Assembly (NCBI GenBank): GCA_943788295.1
Contig: CALSPS010000006.1
Span: forward strand, 26,192 to 90,191
Direction: 5' to 3'
Source of the DNA: Candidatus Poseidoniaceae archaeon
GTDB taxonomy: Archaea > Thermoplasmatota > Poseidoniia > Poseidoniales > Poseidoniaceae
DNA: 64,000 nt
Of the stretch, positions 26,395 to 36,991 are shown piece by piece; position 1 is the stretch's first letter; the number at the start of each line of letters is the position of its first letter. A model generated the notes under the pieces. The model did not search any database. It had not been told where the DNA came from and saw only the letters and a list, made by a program, of their open reading frames with translations. The translations under genes were made by a program, and so were the position numbers.

Positions 26395-28430
26395 GGATCA
26401 TCACCGTCTGGAAAAAGAGAATCGAGAAAGACAGAATCGGTCGAATGAGGGAGTGTGATTGTAAGCCGCTTTTCGGCCTCCATTGCCCTTTTGATGGCGA
26501 ATTTTGCACCGTTATTACGTGCCCAGGCTCTTCTCGCAACGCCATTGTTGACATCCCAATGGAGCATGGATTGGAGTTTCTTCTCACATTCATCGCTCCC
26601 ATCGAGCAACATGCCAAACCCACCGTTCATCACTTGACCCCATCCGACGCCCCCACCATTGTGAAGGCTGACCCATGTTGCGCCTCGAAACGCATCGCCA
26701 ACAAAATTCTGAACGGCCATGTCTGCGGTCCACATGGATCCGTCCCGAATGTTAGCGGTTTCCCGATACGGGCTGTCGGTTCCCGACACATCGTGGTGGT
26801 CACGACCCAAAACAATGGGCCCGGATAGTTCTCCGTTACGAATGGCTTGATTCATCGCAGAAGCAATTTTTCTGCGACCTTCATCGTCTGCATAGAGAAT
26901 GCGAGCTTGGGAACCAACCACCATTTGATTTTGACCGGCTTCCTTAATCCACCGAATGTTGTCTTTCATTTGTTGGGTAATTTCTGGCGGCGAAGTATCC
27001 ATCATTGATTCGAGAACTTCCATTGCAATTTGATCCGTCTTCTTCAGATCGTTTGAATCCCCAGAACAGCATACCCATCGGTATGGACCAAACCCATAGT
27101 CGAAACACATGGGGCCCATGATATCTTCAACATAACTGGGGTACCTAAAACTCCCATCGCCGTTGATTACGTCTGCGCCTGCTCTACCCGCTTCGAGCAA
27201 GAAGGCGTTTCCATAATCCCAGAAATACATGCCCGCTTCCGACATGACATTGATTGCAGCAGCGTGGCGTACGAGGGTTTCACGAACTTTCGTTTTGAAC
27301 AGTTCTGGATCGTTTGAGAGCATTTCTGCGGCCTCTGAATATGGCATTCCTACTGGGAAATAACCACCTTGGAATGGGTTGTGAAGGCTTGTTTGATCAG
27401 AACCAAGATCGACGCGGACTTTCCGTTCTACCAACCGCTCCCAAAGTTCGACAATGTTACCAACATACCCGATGGATATTGCTTGGCGGTTGGCGGCGCA
27501 TTCGACCATTCGATCAATGGCAACATCGATGTCCTCGGTCACCTCAGATAACCAACCTTGCTGGTGACGCTTGTATGCTGCGTGTTGGTTGGATTCAGCC
27601 ACAATGCATGACGCGCCTGCGATGACGGCTGCTTTTGCTTGTGCCCCAGACATACCTCCAAGGCCAGAGGTGACGAAGGTGACGCCCTCCAGCCCCGAAT
27701 CGCCGGATATGCCCAAATGCGCTCTTGCAGCGTTAAGGAGCGTTATGGTTGTGCCATGGACGATGCCTTGGGGCCCGATGTACATGTAAGAGCCTGCTGT
27801 CATCTGCCCGTATTGTGTGACGCCCAGTGCGTTGAGGCGTTCGTAATTATCTGGTGTCGATTCACTTGGAATCATCATCCCATTGGTGACAACCACCCGA
27901 GGTGCGTTGACATTGGAGGGAAAAAGACCCATTGGATGGCCAGAATACATGACGAGCGTTTGTTCATCGCTCATGACTGAAAGGTATTGCATGGTCAACC
28001 TGTACTGAGCCCAGTTTTGAAACACGGAACCGTTCCCACCATAGGTGATGAGTTCATGTGGAAATTGTGCAACAGCAGGATCCAAATTATTCTGAATCAT
28101 GAGCATGATTGACGCGGCATGGATTGATTTTGCAGGGTATGCGTCGATTGGATGGGCTTTCATATCGTATTCTGTGGGGCGAAACCTCCACATAATGATG
28201 CGTCCGAAGGTGTTCAATTCCTCTGCAAACTCGGGGCCTAGAATTGCATGATGTTTTTCATCAAAATAACGCAAGGCGTTTTCCAAGGCCAATTTCTTTT
28301 CTTTTTGGGTAAGGACTTGGCGTCTTTTTGGCGCCCTATCGACGTTCGAATCAATGCCAGGGTGCGCAGGAAGTGTGTCGGGGATACCCTCTCCTATATG
28401 CGCCCTCAACCCGCGAACATCCGTGCCCAT
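26391..28430 (-). CDS. hutU: Urocanate hydratase (long form)
   Basis: NNLDPAVAQFPHELITYGGNG, YGQMTAGSY.YIGPQGIVHGT, GLGGMSGAQ, SDQTSLHN, GRDHHDVSGTDSPYRET. Confidence 0.97.
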   Translation of the reverse strand: MGTDVRGLRAHIGEGIPDTLPAHPGIDSNVDRAPKRRQVLTQKEKKLALENALRYFDEKHHAILGPEFAEELNTFGRIIMWRFRPTEYDMKAHPIDAYPAKSIHAASIMLMIQNNLDPAVAQFPHELITYGGNGSVFQNWAQYRLTMQYLSVMSDEQTLVMYSGHPMGLFPSNVNAPRVVVTNGMMIPSESTPDNYERLNALGVTQYGQMTAGSYMYIGPQGIVHGTTITLLNAARAHLGISGDSGLEGVTFVTSGLGGMSGAQAKAAVIAGASCIVAESNQHAAYKRHQQGWLSEVTEDIDVAIDRMVECAANRQAISIGYVGNIVELWERLVERKVRVDLGSDQTSLHNPFQGGYFPVGMPYSEAAEMLSNDPELFKTKVRETLVRHAAAINVMSEAGMYFWDYGNAFLLEAGRAGADVINGDGSFRYPSYVEDIMGPMCFDYGFGPYRWVCCSGDSNDLKKTDQIAMEVLESMMDTSPPEITQQMKDNIRWIKEAGQNQMVVGSQARILYADDEGRRKIASAMNQAIRNGELSGPIVLGRDHHDVSGTDSPYRETANIRDGSMWTADMAVQNFVGDAFRGATWVSLHNGGGVGWGQVMNGGFGMLLDGSDECEKKLQSMLHWDVNNGVARRAWARNNGAKFAIKRAMEAEKRLTITLPHSTDSVFLDSLFPDGDDP

Positions 28431-28488
28431 GTTTGCTTGAAACCGCACCCTGTCCTTGAGCGTTCGTATTGAGTTATTTCACATCAAT

Positions 28489-29730
28489 TCATGTGGCACG
28501 GGGTTCTGCTCGCCACAAAGAAAAGAATGCTCCTGAAACGATCATCACCACGGAGAAAATCAAAAATCCATTTTGTAATGTGAAATATTGTTTCTCTAAA
28601 AGATAGCCTGCAGTTGCACTGGATATCGAGAAAGCGATTGACATCATCAGCATGTCCATCGAAAACACACGGCCGCGCACTTCATCTTCGACCCATTTCT
28701 GAGTCAAGATGGTGGACAACACCCAATTTGCACCGGAGGCAGCATGGGCGAGCATTACGAGTGGGATAGTAAGGAAAATACTCATTCCAAGTGTCCAACC
28801 GACGAGGAAATAAAATGCTCCTGATAGCATCACCAACAATCCAACCATAACTGGCCATCGTTCTTCATTGGTGAGCAAGGCCCTTGCCGCAATTGGACCA
28901 ATTCCAGTGCCCACCCCACGGGCAAAGAAGAAAATCCCAAACCCTAGAGCCATGCCGAATCCGTCGAGGTCGGATCCCGCAACAACAAGAAACACTCCTG
29001 CTAAGCCACCCCCTGCTATGTTCCATGAGGATTTAGCAAACACGATGCGCAAGAGCCTTTTTTCACTGATAATTCGTTTCCAACCGTTCTTTATGTTGGT
29101 GAGCGCAGTGGACACAAGTGGCCCTTTCATATCCTCATCAATGGTTTGAGGGATGCTCAAATTTCTAAGCATATATGCCCCAAAGGCAAATGTCACTGCA
29201 TCGATGATAAAGGCTGCATCAGTGCCCCAAATTTCCACAACAATACCGCCGAGCATTGCACCCAAGCAGAGGGCTGTTGACCAACTCGCCGCATCTAAGG
29301 CGTTTGCTGTTGCGAGGTGTTCAGCCGGTACAATGTTAGGCAATGCTGCCCTTTCTGCGGTGACATACATCCCATGCATGATCATCATAGCCCCGGTGAG
29401 AATGTAAATCCAAACAATGTGATTTTTTCCGTCTATGAATAGGAAGCATAACGCTAGGCCAACCTGGATGATATTGGTCCAAACCATGATTGTTTTTCGA
29501 TTCAAACGGTCTGCTAAGAGCCCTCCAAATGGCTGGAATGCAGCAAAACAAAGCATTCGCATTGTAAACAGAAGGCCGAGAAAAAATTCTGATTCCGTGT
29601 ATTGGAAAATAAGCAGAAAAAGGGCAATGGTGTTGAACCATTCCCCCAACATGGAAATGACTGATGCAGACCATAACCGCCTAAATGCGTGGTTGGTCCT
29701 GATCAACTCTAGGTAACCAATCTGATTCAT
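28489..29730 (-). CDS. MFS transporter (DHA3-like)
   Basis: FRRLW.A..IS.LG.W, GLLADRLNRK, RGRVFS; ~12 TMs. Confidence 0.9.
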   Translation of the reverse strand: MNQIGYLELIRTNHAFRRLWSASVISMLGEWFNTIALFLLIFQYTESEFFLGLLFTMRMLCFAAFQPFGGLLADRLNRKTIMVWTNIIQVGLALCFLFIDGKNHIVWIYILTGAMMIMHGMYVTAERAALPNIVPAEHLATANALDAASWSTALCLGAMLGGIVVEIWGTDAAFIIDAVTFAFGAYMLRNLSIPQTIDEDMKGPLVSTALTNIKNGWKRIISEKRLLRIVFAKSSWNIAGGGLAGVFLVVAGSDLDGFGMALGFGIFFFARGVGTGIGPIAARALLTNEERWPVMVGLLVMLSGAFYFLVGWTLGMSIFLTIPLVMLAHAASGANWVLSTILTQKWVEDEVRGRVFSMDMLMMSIAFSISSATAGYLLEKQYFTLQNGFLIFSVVMIVSGAFFSLWRAEPRAT

Positions 29731-32024
29731 TCTTCTTCATGCTCCATGTCGACCTGAGTCTTGGCATGGATAGAAACCGTGATCCATTTTGATGTAGGTG
29801 TGTTCGAAAGTTCTGCGGTGGAGTCGAGGGGCACAATGCTGTTTGCTTCAGGGAAATAGCTAGCAACGTTTCCTCGTGGAATATCATAAGCAACAAGTTG
29901 CCAATCGTCTGATGAGCGTTGTTGTCCTTTGAAATGACTCGTTAGGCTTACTTTTTGACGGTTTTTCCACCCTCGCTCAACCATGTCCAGCGCGTTCATT
30001 AACACCACTCGGCGGTTTCCATGGATGCCCCTGTAACGGTCGTGCACATCGTAAATGGTGGTGTTGTACTGATCGTGTGAACGCATGGTCATCATGGTGT
30101 AGCATTCATCTGGAATGTTTAGGTCGGGCAATGAATGAGTGGTGAAGTGTGCTTTTTGATCCGGAGTGGTAAACGAGCGAGTGTCACGCGGGGGATTTGG
30201 TAGGGCAAATCCATTTTCCTCACGAACGCGGGTGTTGTATTGTTCAAAACCGGCTAAACTGTTGCTCATCAAATCTCTGATAAGATCGTAATTTCCTGCG
30301 AGTTTCATCCAATCAATAGGACTTGAATCTAAGGTCTCGTTGGCCATTCTTGCTACAATCATCGGTTCGCTGAGCAATGCGGTTGATGCTGGATTGAGCC
30401 CCCCTGTGGAGCGATGTACTACGCCCATGGAATTTTCCACAGTGACGAACTGTTTCCCAGTTTCCTGCATGTCCAATTCAGTCCTCCCTAAGCAAGGGAG
30501 GATCAAAGCAGATTTCCCAGTGATGAGGTGCGAGCGATTTAATTTGGTCGAAACTTGTACGGTCAAGTTCACATTTCTGAGACCTTCCGCCGTCACATTG
30601 GTGTCAGGTGTTGCAGACAGAAAGTTGCCTCCCATACAGAAAAACAAGTCGACACGGTCGTCCACCATCGCCTTGATAGCGTTCACCACATCATATCCGT
30701 GTTCTCGAGGCATGGGTATTCCTAAGCCCTCTTCCATTCGGTCAAGGAAGTGTTCCGAAGGAGCCTCCCAAATTCCTACTGTTCGGTCCCCTTGAACGTT
30801 TGAGTGGCCACGGACGGGGCAGAAACCTGCACCCGGGCGGCCCACATGCCCGCCCATGAGCAGTAAATTCACAACCTCTTGAATGACAGCAACTCCATTG
30901 GGTTGCTGAGTTAGACCCATGGCCCAGCATGCGATGGTTGCGTTAGATCGGGCGAGCAATCGACCGACCGTTTCAATCTCATCTTTTGAAACTCCGCTGT
31001 CTTTGACAATCGTGCCCCAAGGCGTGCTGTTTGCCATTGATGCCATGGATTCGTACCCGTTTGTGGATGAATCGATAAATGCTTCATCCAACCCGCCTTG
31101 TTCGATATGAACCTTGATGAATCCCTTCATTAAAGCGGCATCTCCACCAATCCTGACTTGGAGATGATGGTCTGAGAGTTTAGTCGATTTGAAATCCAAC
31201 TTCATGTAATCTTGCGGATGTTTGAACCGCTCTAGGCCAGCTTCAGGGAGTGGATTGATGTTGATAATTGTAGAACCATTGTGCTTTGCATCTCGTAAAG
31301 CCGTGAGCATTCGCGGATGGTTCGTACCAGGGTTTTGGCCGATGACAAGGATCACTTGTGCAGAATTAAAATCATCGAGGGTGACGGTTCCTTTTCCTAT
31401 GCCAATGGTTTGACCTAGCCCTTTACCACTGGATTCGTGGCACATGTTGGAACAATCCGGCATGTTATTGGTTCCTAGGGAGCGAACAAATGCTTGGTAA
31501 AGAAAAGCCGCTTCATTCGATGTTCGCCCCGATGTGTAAAACACAGCGCGCTCTGGCTTCGAGAGTGAATGGATTTGATTGGCAATCCGGCCAAATGCGT
31601 CATCCCAAGATATTTCCTTGTAATGTGATTCTCCTTCTTCGAGAACCACGGGGTGCGAAATTCGTCCTTGTTTGTTGAGCCAATGATCGCTCTTCATTGC
31701 CAAAGAATGAATGCTGTGTTTGGAAAAAAAATCTGGAGTCACCTTTGCCTTCATTGCTTCGTCAGCAACTGCTTTTGCGCCATTCTCGCAGAATTCGAAT
31801 GTTGTCCTGTGCTCGGGATCGGGCCATGCGCAACCTGGGCAATCAAAACCGTCTTGCTGATTGACCATTGTGAGGGTTTTGACAGTTTTCACAAGGCCCA
31901 TTTTTGTCACGCCGTGTTTCATTGACGAAACAGCGGCTGGTATCCCTGCTGCCAATTTCTTTGGTTTTCCGAGTCGAAGGCTGAGCTGGTCCTCCGGTGT
32001 TTCTGGTGAAATGGGTGACCTCAT
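29727..32024 (-). CDS. ydeP: FdhF/YdeP-family molybdopterin oxidoreductase
   Basis: NQQDGFDCPGCAWPD, EFCENGAKA, FYTSGRTSNEAA, PDCSNMCHE, RGHSNVQG, RSHDQYNTT. Confidence 0.92.
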   Translation of the reverse strand: MRSPISPETPEDQLSLRLGKPKKLAAGIPAAVSSMKHGVTKMGLVKTVKTLTMVNQQDGFDCPGCAWPDPEHRTTFEFCENGAKAVADEAMKAKVTPDFFSKHSIHSLAMKSDHWLNKQGRISHPVVLEEGESHYKEISWDDAFGRIANQIHSLSKPERAVFYTSGRTSNEAAFLYQAFVRSLGTNNMPDCSNMCHESSGKGLGQTIGIGKGTVTLDDFNSAQVILVIGQNPGTNHPRMLTALRDAKHNGSTIININPLPEAGLERFKHPQDYMKLDFKSTKLSDHHLQVRIGGDAALMKGFIKVHIEQGGLDEAFIDSSTNGYESMASMANSTPWGTIVKDSGVSKDEIETVGRLLARSNATIACWAMGLTQQPNGVAVIQEVVNLLLMGGHVGRPGAGFCPVRGHSNVQGDRTVGIWEAPSEHFLDRMEEGLGIPMPREHGYDVVNAIKAMVDDRVDLFFCMGGNFLSATPDTNVTAEGLRNVNLTVQVSTKLNRSHLITGKSALILPCLGRTELDMQETGKQFVTVENSMGVVHRSTGGLNPASTALLSEPMIVARMANETLDSSPIDWMKLAGNYDLIRDLMSNSLAGFEQYNTRVREENGFALPNPPRDTRSFTTPDQKAHFTTHSLPDLNIPDECYTMMTMRSHDQYNTTIYDVHDRYRGIHGNRRVVLMNALDMVERGWKNRQKVSLTSHFKGQQRSSDDWQLVAYDIPRGNVASYFPEANSIVPLDSTAELSNTPTSKWITVSIHAKTQVDMEHEEE

Positions 32025-32060
32025 GACCAAGCCTCACCCATAACGGAAAGACTGGGGTTC

Positions 32061-32858
32061 TCAAGGGTTGTCCTTCATTGCCGGTTGTATGTATCCAATT
32101 CCTATGCTGCGGTGGGGTTTCACAAAACTGAAAATTCTCATTCCCAAAGCACGAGCCGTTTCGGCTGCGAGCGTAGAGCAGGCACCCACACAAGCAATGG
32201 TTCCAATCCCAGCACGAGCGGACTTAGCCACGATGTCCCAGCCACATCGGCCTGAGAGAAGGAGAACGGTGTCTGCCCAATTTTGGCCAAGGGAAGCACG
32301 TGTGCCCACGGCCTTGTCGACAGCATTGTGGCGCCCTATATCCTCACACACAATAGGGCTCTCTTCTTCGAAACTGAACAAACCCGCAGCATGCATGCCG
32401 CCAGTTTTTGAAAATCCAATTTGCATTGCCTTCATGATCTCAAAGGACTGATTAAGCCAATTCAAATCGATGATTGTATGAGTTCCAGTGTAGGTTGGTA
32501 GAAGGTCAAGCAAGTGTTCAACTCCTGGGGAATTGCATGCTCCACATGAGGTTGACACAATCTGATTTGATCTCGATTTACCAATTTCATTCACTGTGTG
32601 TTCAAGCGCTTGGACCTTGTAGCCTTCTTCTGACACCGTCACTTCTATTTTGGCCCCGGGGGGGAGGCCATAACCTTCGGTGATGCAATGGCCAATGAGC
32701 AATTCAGGAAGGTCTGTCGGTGTAGCGAGTAGCGTGGTGAACACGCCTTCTTGGTCGGATAATTTAACCACCGTTTCCATAGCGAGGTTATCAGTTGTCA
32801 AGGTGTTTCCTTCTTGAGCCACCGTGTGCACTCCAATTTGTTTAAACAAATCACTCAT
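32061..32858 (-). CDS. fdhD: Formate dehydrogenase accessory sulfurtransferase
   Basis: TSCGAC, TGGMHAA, EDIGRHNAVDK, SGR. Confidence 0.92.
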   Translation of the reverse strand: MSDLFKQIGVHTVAQEGNTLTTDNLAMETVVKLSDQEGVFTTLLATPTDLPELLIGHCITEGYGLPPGAKIEVTVSEEGYKVQALEHTVNEIGKSRSNQIVSTSCGACNSPGVEHLLDLLPTYTGTHTIIDLNWLNQSFEIMKAMQIGFSKTGGMHAAGLFSFEEESPIVCEDIGRHNAVDKAVGTRASLGQNWADTVLLLSGRCGWDIVAKSARAGIGTIACVGACSTLAAETARALGMRIFSFVKPHRSIGIGYIQPAMKDNP

Positions 32859-33433
32859 GAATCATCCTCCGATTCTTTCAAATGATCTAAATTGAAGAAC
32901 TCAAATTGTAAAGCGACCAATTCAGCGCTCGATTTTGCCGCCGCATAAGCCTCTAAAGGCTCACGATTCAATTCAAAAAACCGTTCACCCCAACGGAATG
33001 CACCAAGAACACTGCGTGCCTGTTCCTCATGACCAAGCAAATAGAGAACGGTTGCCAGTGCTTCGGCTGTCGTGAGACGCCCTGGCTTCCCCCAATTAAC
33101 GGGGTTAGCAGCGAGAAGAAGCGGCAGCATTCGCGGTTGAAGCCTTGTCCGCTTCATCACCTGTGCCACACTTGACTCGATGTGCGCCCAGCTGCAATCA
33201 AGGCCCACAATGGATCCGCCTTGGTCTAAAATCAAAGAGTGGTCCTCGGGTCCGAACACCTTCCCACAAAGAGGCTCTAGGATAATGCCTCTTCGAGGTA
33301 GGCTGTTGACTTTTTTGTGAAGGTTTAGATCACCGCGGCGGGATGCAAGAACTGCAGTGTTCTTCTTTGGATCATCCTGTGCCAGCCAAAGGGCATGAAC
33401 GGGTAAATCGTTGTTTGTATCAACTGTTTTCAT
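32855..33433 (-). CDS. tsr3: rRNA aminocarboxypropyltransferase Tsr3
   Basis: DDPKKNT, LDCSW, RMLPLLLAANPVNWGKP..LTTAEALA, FRWGERFFELN. Confidence 0.95.
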   Translation of the reverse strand: MKTVDTNNDLPVHALWLAQDDPKKNTAVLASRRGDLNLHKKVNSLPRRGIILEPLCGKVFGPEDHSLILDQGGSIVGLDCSWAHIESSVAQVMKRTRLQPRMLPLLLAANPVNWGKPGRLTTAEALATVLYLLGHEEQARSVLGAFRWGERFFELNREPLEAYAAAKSSAELVALQFEFFNLDHLKESEDDS

Positions 33434-33923
33434 TGAAGTAATCACCTAAGGTCATGCCTCTGCTCGATGAGCGATCTAATTGAGTGGTGGTCTCCTCTGT
33501 GGCCATAACCCATAGTGATATTCCAAGAACACGTTCGAATTTTTTGAGAACACCATCGGTAGGTCGTTTTCCAGCTTCGGTTGCTTTGATAATATTGACA
33601 GTTTCCGCCATTCTTTTCCCGAGAGTCGCATGATTCCAACCCTTGTTTTTCCTTGCTTGAGTGATCCTCTTACCAAAATCGGATGCAAGTTCTTTTTCAG
33701 TCTTCAACATGATGTCCTTGCCTTTCTTGCCGCGCGCTGCGTAAGACGAATTGTGGGCTGGCCTGCTATGCATGGATTGAGCCTTGGCCAAACCCGGAGC
33801 TGTTTCCTTGGGTCCAAGGTTCATTCGTTCAATGCAACGTGAACAGGCAGCCACTTCAGTCTTCCCGGTTTTTACTCGGCGAACACTCACTTTCATTGCG
33901 CCACACAATTCACAATCTGCCAT
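33420..33923 (-). CDS. mbf1: Archaeal multiprotein bridging factor 1 (Zn ribbon plus HTH)
   Basis: CELCG, C..C, DFGKRI..AR...GW....LG, E.G.RP, MTLGD; divergent from pan. Confidence 0.92.
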   Translation of the reverse strand: MADCELCGAMKVSVRRVKTGKTEVAACSRCIERMNLGPKETAPGLAKAQSMHSRPAHNSSYAARGKKGKDIMLKTEKELASDFGKRITQARKNKGWNHATLGKRMAETVNIIKATEAGKRPTDGVLKKFERVLGISLWVMATEETTTQLDRSSSRGMTLGDYFNENS

Positions 33924-34043
33924 TTGCCTCACTCCCAGTGCTATGGTTCGGTCGACATCCTTTGAAGGCTTCGTCTTTGATGCCTGCGTGTTTAAACTCC
34001 CGGTTTGTTCTTATAACCTGAGCATGTGGGTTCAATAGATAGC

Positions 34044-35264
34044 ATGGGTGCAGAAGTCGAACAAAATGCTCCTTCCCGGTCACCACCTCAGGAAGATGAA
34101 ATCAAATCACTTGAACTCGCATACTCGGATTTGCAAGACCAAGCCCAGAATTTGATCAACGAGCGCTCGCAACTGGAAAGTGACATACGTAACTTGAAGA
34201 AAAGAGCCCAGCGGCTTGACGATGAAGTGCGTCTGCTAAAGTCCCCTCCATTGATCATTGGGCATTTGCAGGATGTATTGGATGATCGAACAGCCATCGT
34301 TCGTTCATCGAATGGGACGGTTTTCCAAGTTTCCCTCAATCAGCGTCTCGAACCAAAAACGCTCAAACCAGGAACACGCGTTGCCTTGAATCAAGATACA
34401 CTCGCGGTGATTGAAGTCCTCCACGATGCATGGGACCCAATGGTGAGTGGCGCTGAAATGGTGACAAAGCCAGACATTACTTATGAGGCGGTCGCAGGAT
34501 TGGATGAACAAGTGGAATCCGTTCGTGAGGCCATTGAACTGCCTCTAACATCCCCTGAATTGTTCAAGAAAGTTGGCATCACACCGCCCAAAGGAATTTT
34601 GCTCGTAGGGCCACCTGGCTGTGGAAAAACCCTCCTCGCCAAAGCCGTAGCAAATCAAACAGATGCGACATTCATCCGAATGGTCGGTAGCGAATTAGCA
34701 CAGAAATACATTGGAGAGGGAGGTCGAATGGTGCGGGAATTGTTTTCCCTTGCAAAGGACAAATCTCCGTCAATTATTTTCTTGGATGAAATTGATGCAA
34801 TAGGCGCTAAGCGTTTGGATGGCTCAACCAGTGGTGACCGCGAAGTCCAACGAACCCTCATGCAATTGTTGGCAGAATTGGATGGATTCGATGCTCTAGA
34901 AGATGTCAAAATTATTGCAGCAACCAACCGACCAGATATCCTCGATGACGCCCTTCTACGCCCGGGTCGATTTGACAGGATCATTACCATACCGCTACCA
35001 GATGAAAAGGGACGTAAAGCAATTTTATCATTGCACATCTCAACCATGTCCTCAAAAAGAATCAATCTTCAGCGGATTGTGGAAAAGACAGAAGGCTATT
35101 CAGGTGCAGAACTCAAAGCAACCTGTGTGGAAGCTGGAATGATTGCGATTCGTGATGGTCGTAGTTCAGTCTCGAACGACGATCTTCTTCAGGCGGTTAC
35201 CCGAATCAATGAGAAGAAAACAAATGGCGGTCGCAGTGCATCTCCTGACGCTCTCTATTCGTGA
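34044..35264 (+). CDS. pan: Proteasome-activating nucleotidase
   Basis: Coiled coil, PPL.IG OB domain, [34 protein letters not shown]-terminal HbYX LYS. Confidence 0.97.
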   Translation: MGAEVEQNAPSRSPPQEDEIKSLELAYSDLQDQAQNLINERSQLESDIRNLKKRAQRLDDEVRLLKSPPLIIGHLQDVLDDRTAIVRSSNGTVFQVSLNQRLEPKTLKPGTRVALNQDTLAVIEVLHDAWDPMVSGAEMVTKPDITYEAVAGLDEQVESVREAIELPLTSPELFKKVGITPPKGILLVGPPGCGKTLLAKAVANQTDATFIRMVGSELAQKYIGEGGRMVRELFSLAKDKSPSIIFLDEIDAIGAKRLDGSTSGDREVQRTLMQLLAELDGFDALEDVKIIAATNRPDILDDALLRPGRFDRIITIPLPDEKGRKAILSLHISTMSSKRINLQRIVEKTEGYSGAELKATCVEAGMIAIRDGRSSVSNDDLLQAVTRINEKKTNGGRSASPDALYS

Positions 35265-35318
35265 TTTCATCCCAATTTACAGTGAACATTGAAGGTCCGA
35301 GTAGGCCGAACAACGGTC

Positions 35319-36365
35319 ATGCACCCCCTCGTCGAATGCGTACCTAATATCTCAGAAGGCAGAGATGTTGAGAAAATCCAACGAATCGTTGATGCAGCAT
35401 CCACATTCGATGGGTGCTCAGTGTTGGGAGTGGAACCTGATGCTGATTACAACCGAACTGTCATCACCATAGCTGGAACTCCAGAGTCAGTTACATCGGC
35501 TGCGTTCGCACTAGTCTCTACGGCCATTGCAGAAATTGACATGCAGAAGCATAGCGGGGAACACCCACGGTTAGGTGCCGTCGATGTGTGCCCATTTGTC
35601 CCATTGAAGGACATTACAATGGAGGAATGCGCTGAACTTGCAAGATCGCTTGCCCAAAGGGTGGCGAAAGATCTGAACATTCCAACCTTCTTGTATGGGG
35701 CAGCAGCCACCCATTCGGCTAAGTCACTCTTGTCGACCATTCGGAAGGGGGAATATGAGGGGCTGGAAGCACGCCTTTCAGATGGAGACTCTCCTCATGA
35801 TGAGCACACACGGTACCCAGATTTTGGTCCACTCGAGTGGTCCGAACGCGTAGCGCGGTCCGGTGGTTTGACGTTTGGCGCTAGGGAGATACTCGTTGCC
35901 TACAATGTCAATTTGAGTGAGTCGGGCGCTAAAGTCGCCCGATTGGTTGGATCATTAGTGCGTTCATCCGGCCGTTTAATCAAACAAGACGATGGGCGAA
36001 AAATGAGGTTTCCGGGTTCCTTGCCAATGGTCCAAGGCATGGGTGTTCCACTCGAAACCCACGGCATTAGCCAAGTTTCGATGAACCTCAGGGATGTCAA
36101 CCAATGTCCAATGCATGTGGCCTTTGAAGCCTGTAAATCAATTGCAGGTGACCACGGCGTTGATGTTCCGGGAAGCGAGGTTGTTGGCCTCGTTCCACTT
36201 TCCGCCATTTTAACAGCGGGCCACTGGTATGCAAAAGAAGGGGAAACAGAAGAATCTGCACTGGTTGATGCAGCCATTCGTGGCCTCGGATTAAACAATT
36301 TAAATTCATTCGATCCGAAAGAACGGATTATTGAATATGCACTCGAAGAAGGTGGTATTCAATGA
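35319..36365 (+). CDS. ftcD: Glutamate formimidoyltransferase
   Basis: LVECVPNISEGR, DADYNRTV, HSGEHPRLGAVDVCPFVP, IRKGEYEG, QVSMNL, SEVVGLVP. Confidence 0.95.
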   Translation: MHPLVECVPNISEGRDVEKIQRIVDAASTFDGCSVLGVEPDADYNRTVITIAGTPESVTSAAFALVSTAIAEIDMQKHSGEHPRLGAVDVCPFVPLKDITMEECAELARSLAQRVAKDLNIPTFLYGAAATHSAKSLLSTIRKGEYEGLEARLSDGDSPHDEHTRYPDFGPLEWSERVARSGGLTFGAREILVAYNVNLSESGAKVARLVGSLVRSSGRLIKQDDGRKMRFPGSLPMVQGMGVPLETHGISQVSMNLRDVNQCPMHVAFEACKSIAGDHGVDVPGSEVVGLVPLSAILTAGHWYAKEGETEESALVDAAIRGLGLNNLNSFDPKERIIEYALEEGGIQ

Positions 36366-36991
36366 ATTGGATGGATCTAACTTTGAGTGAATTTCAGGCG
36401 CATCTGGCATCGGATGATGCAACACCAGGAGGGGGTACCGCAGCAGCAATTGCATTGGGCCAAGCCGCGGCACTCACTGAAATGGTAGCTGGCCTTACAT
36501 TGGGCAAAGAAAAATGGCAATCAGGATGGACTGCGGCTGAAACCGCAAGGAAGGTAGCCGTACGGATTATGGTGCGTTCCGGTGAACTCGCCAACGAAGA
36601 CAGTGAGGCCTTCGACTCGGTGGTGGCTGGATTTAAAATGCCAAAATCCACTGAGGAGGAGAAGGATGCTCGTCGCCAGTCCATTCGGCTTGCGACTCTA
36701 CGTGCTGCCGAGGTTCCATTGTCAACCTCGCAACATGGAATGGAATTACTGAATGTCCTTTCCGATTTAGCCACTGATGGCAATGCAAATGCTGCGTCAG
36801 ATGTAGGTGTAGCCTCTCTTCTTGCCAGTGCTGCTGTCAAAGGGGCTCTGTTCAACGTAGACATCAACGTAGCATCATTACCAGATGAGATGGCTCAGCA
36901 AGTCATCGACCAATGCTCAGGGATGCGTGAAGAATGCAGCAGAGTCTCTCGCCTTGTGATGCATGCCGTGCATGACAGGATTAATTCTTGA
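36362..36991 (+). CDS. Formiminotetrahydrofolate cyclodeaminase/cyclohydrolase (FTCD C-terminal family)
   Basis: LAS...TPGGG.AAA, D..AF, AAEVPL, GN.NAASD, NV.IN. Confidence 0.92.
   Translation: MNWMDLTLSEFQAHLASDDATPGGGTAAAIALGQAAALTEMVAGLTLGKEKWQSGWTAAETARKVAVRIMVRSGELANEDSEAFDSVVAGFKMPKSTEEEKDARRQSIRLATLRAAEVPLSTSQHGMELLNVLSDLATDGNANAASDVGVASLLASAAVKGALFNVDINVASLPDEMAQQVIDQCSGMREECSRVSRLVMHAVHDRINS

Noticed and set aside
29727..32024. Selenocysteine formate dehydrogenase
   Set aside because: No in-frame TGA; it has the Cys-type PDCSNMCHE motif of the YdeP subfamily.
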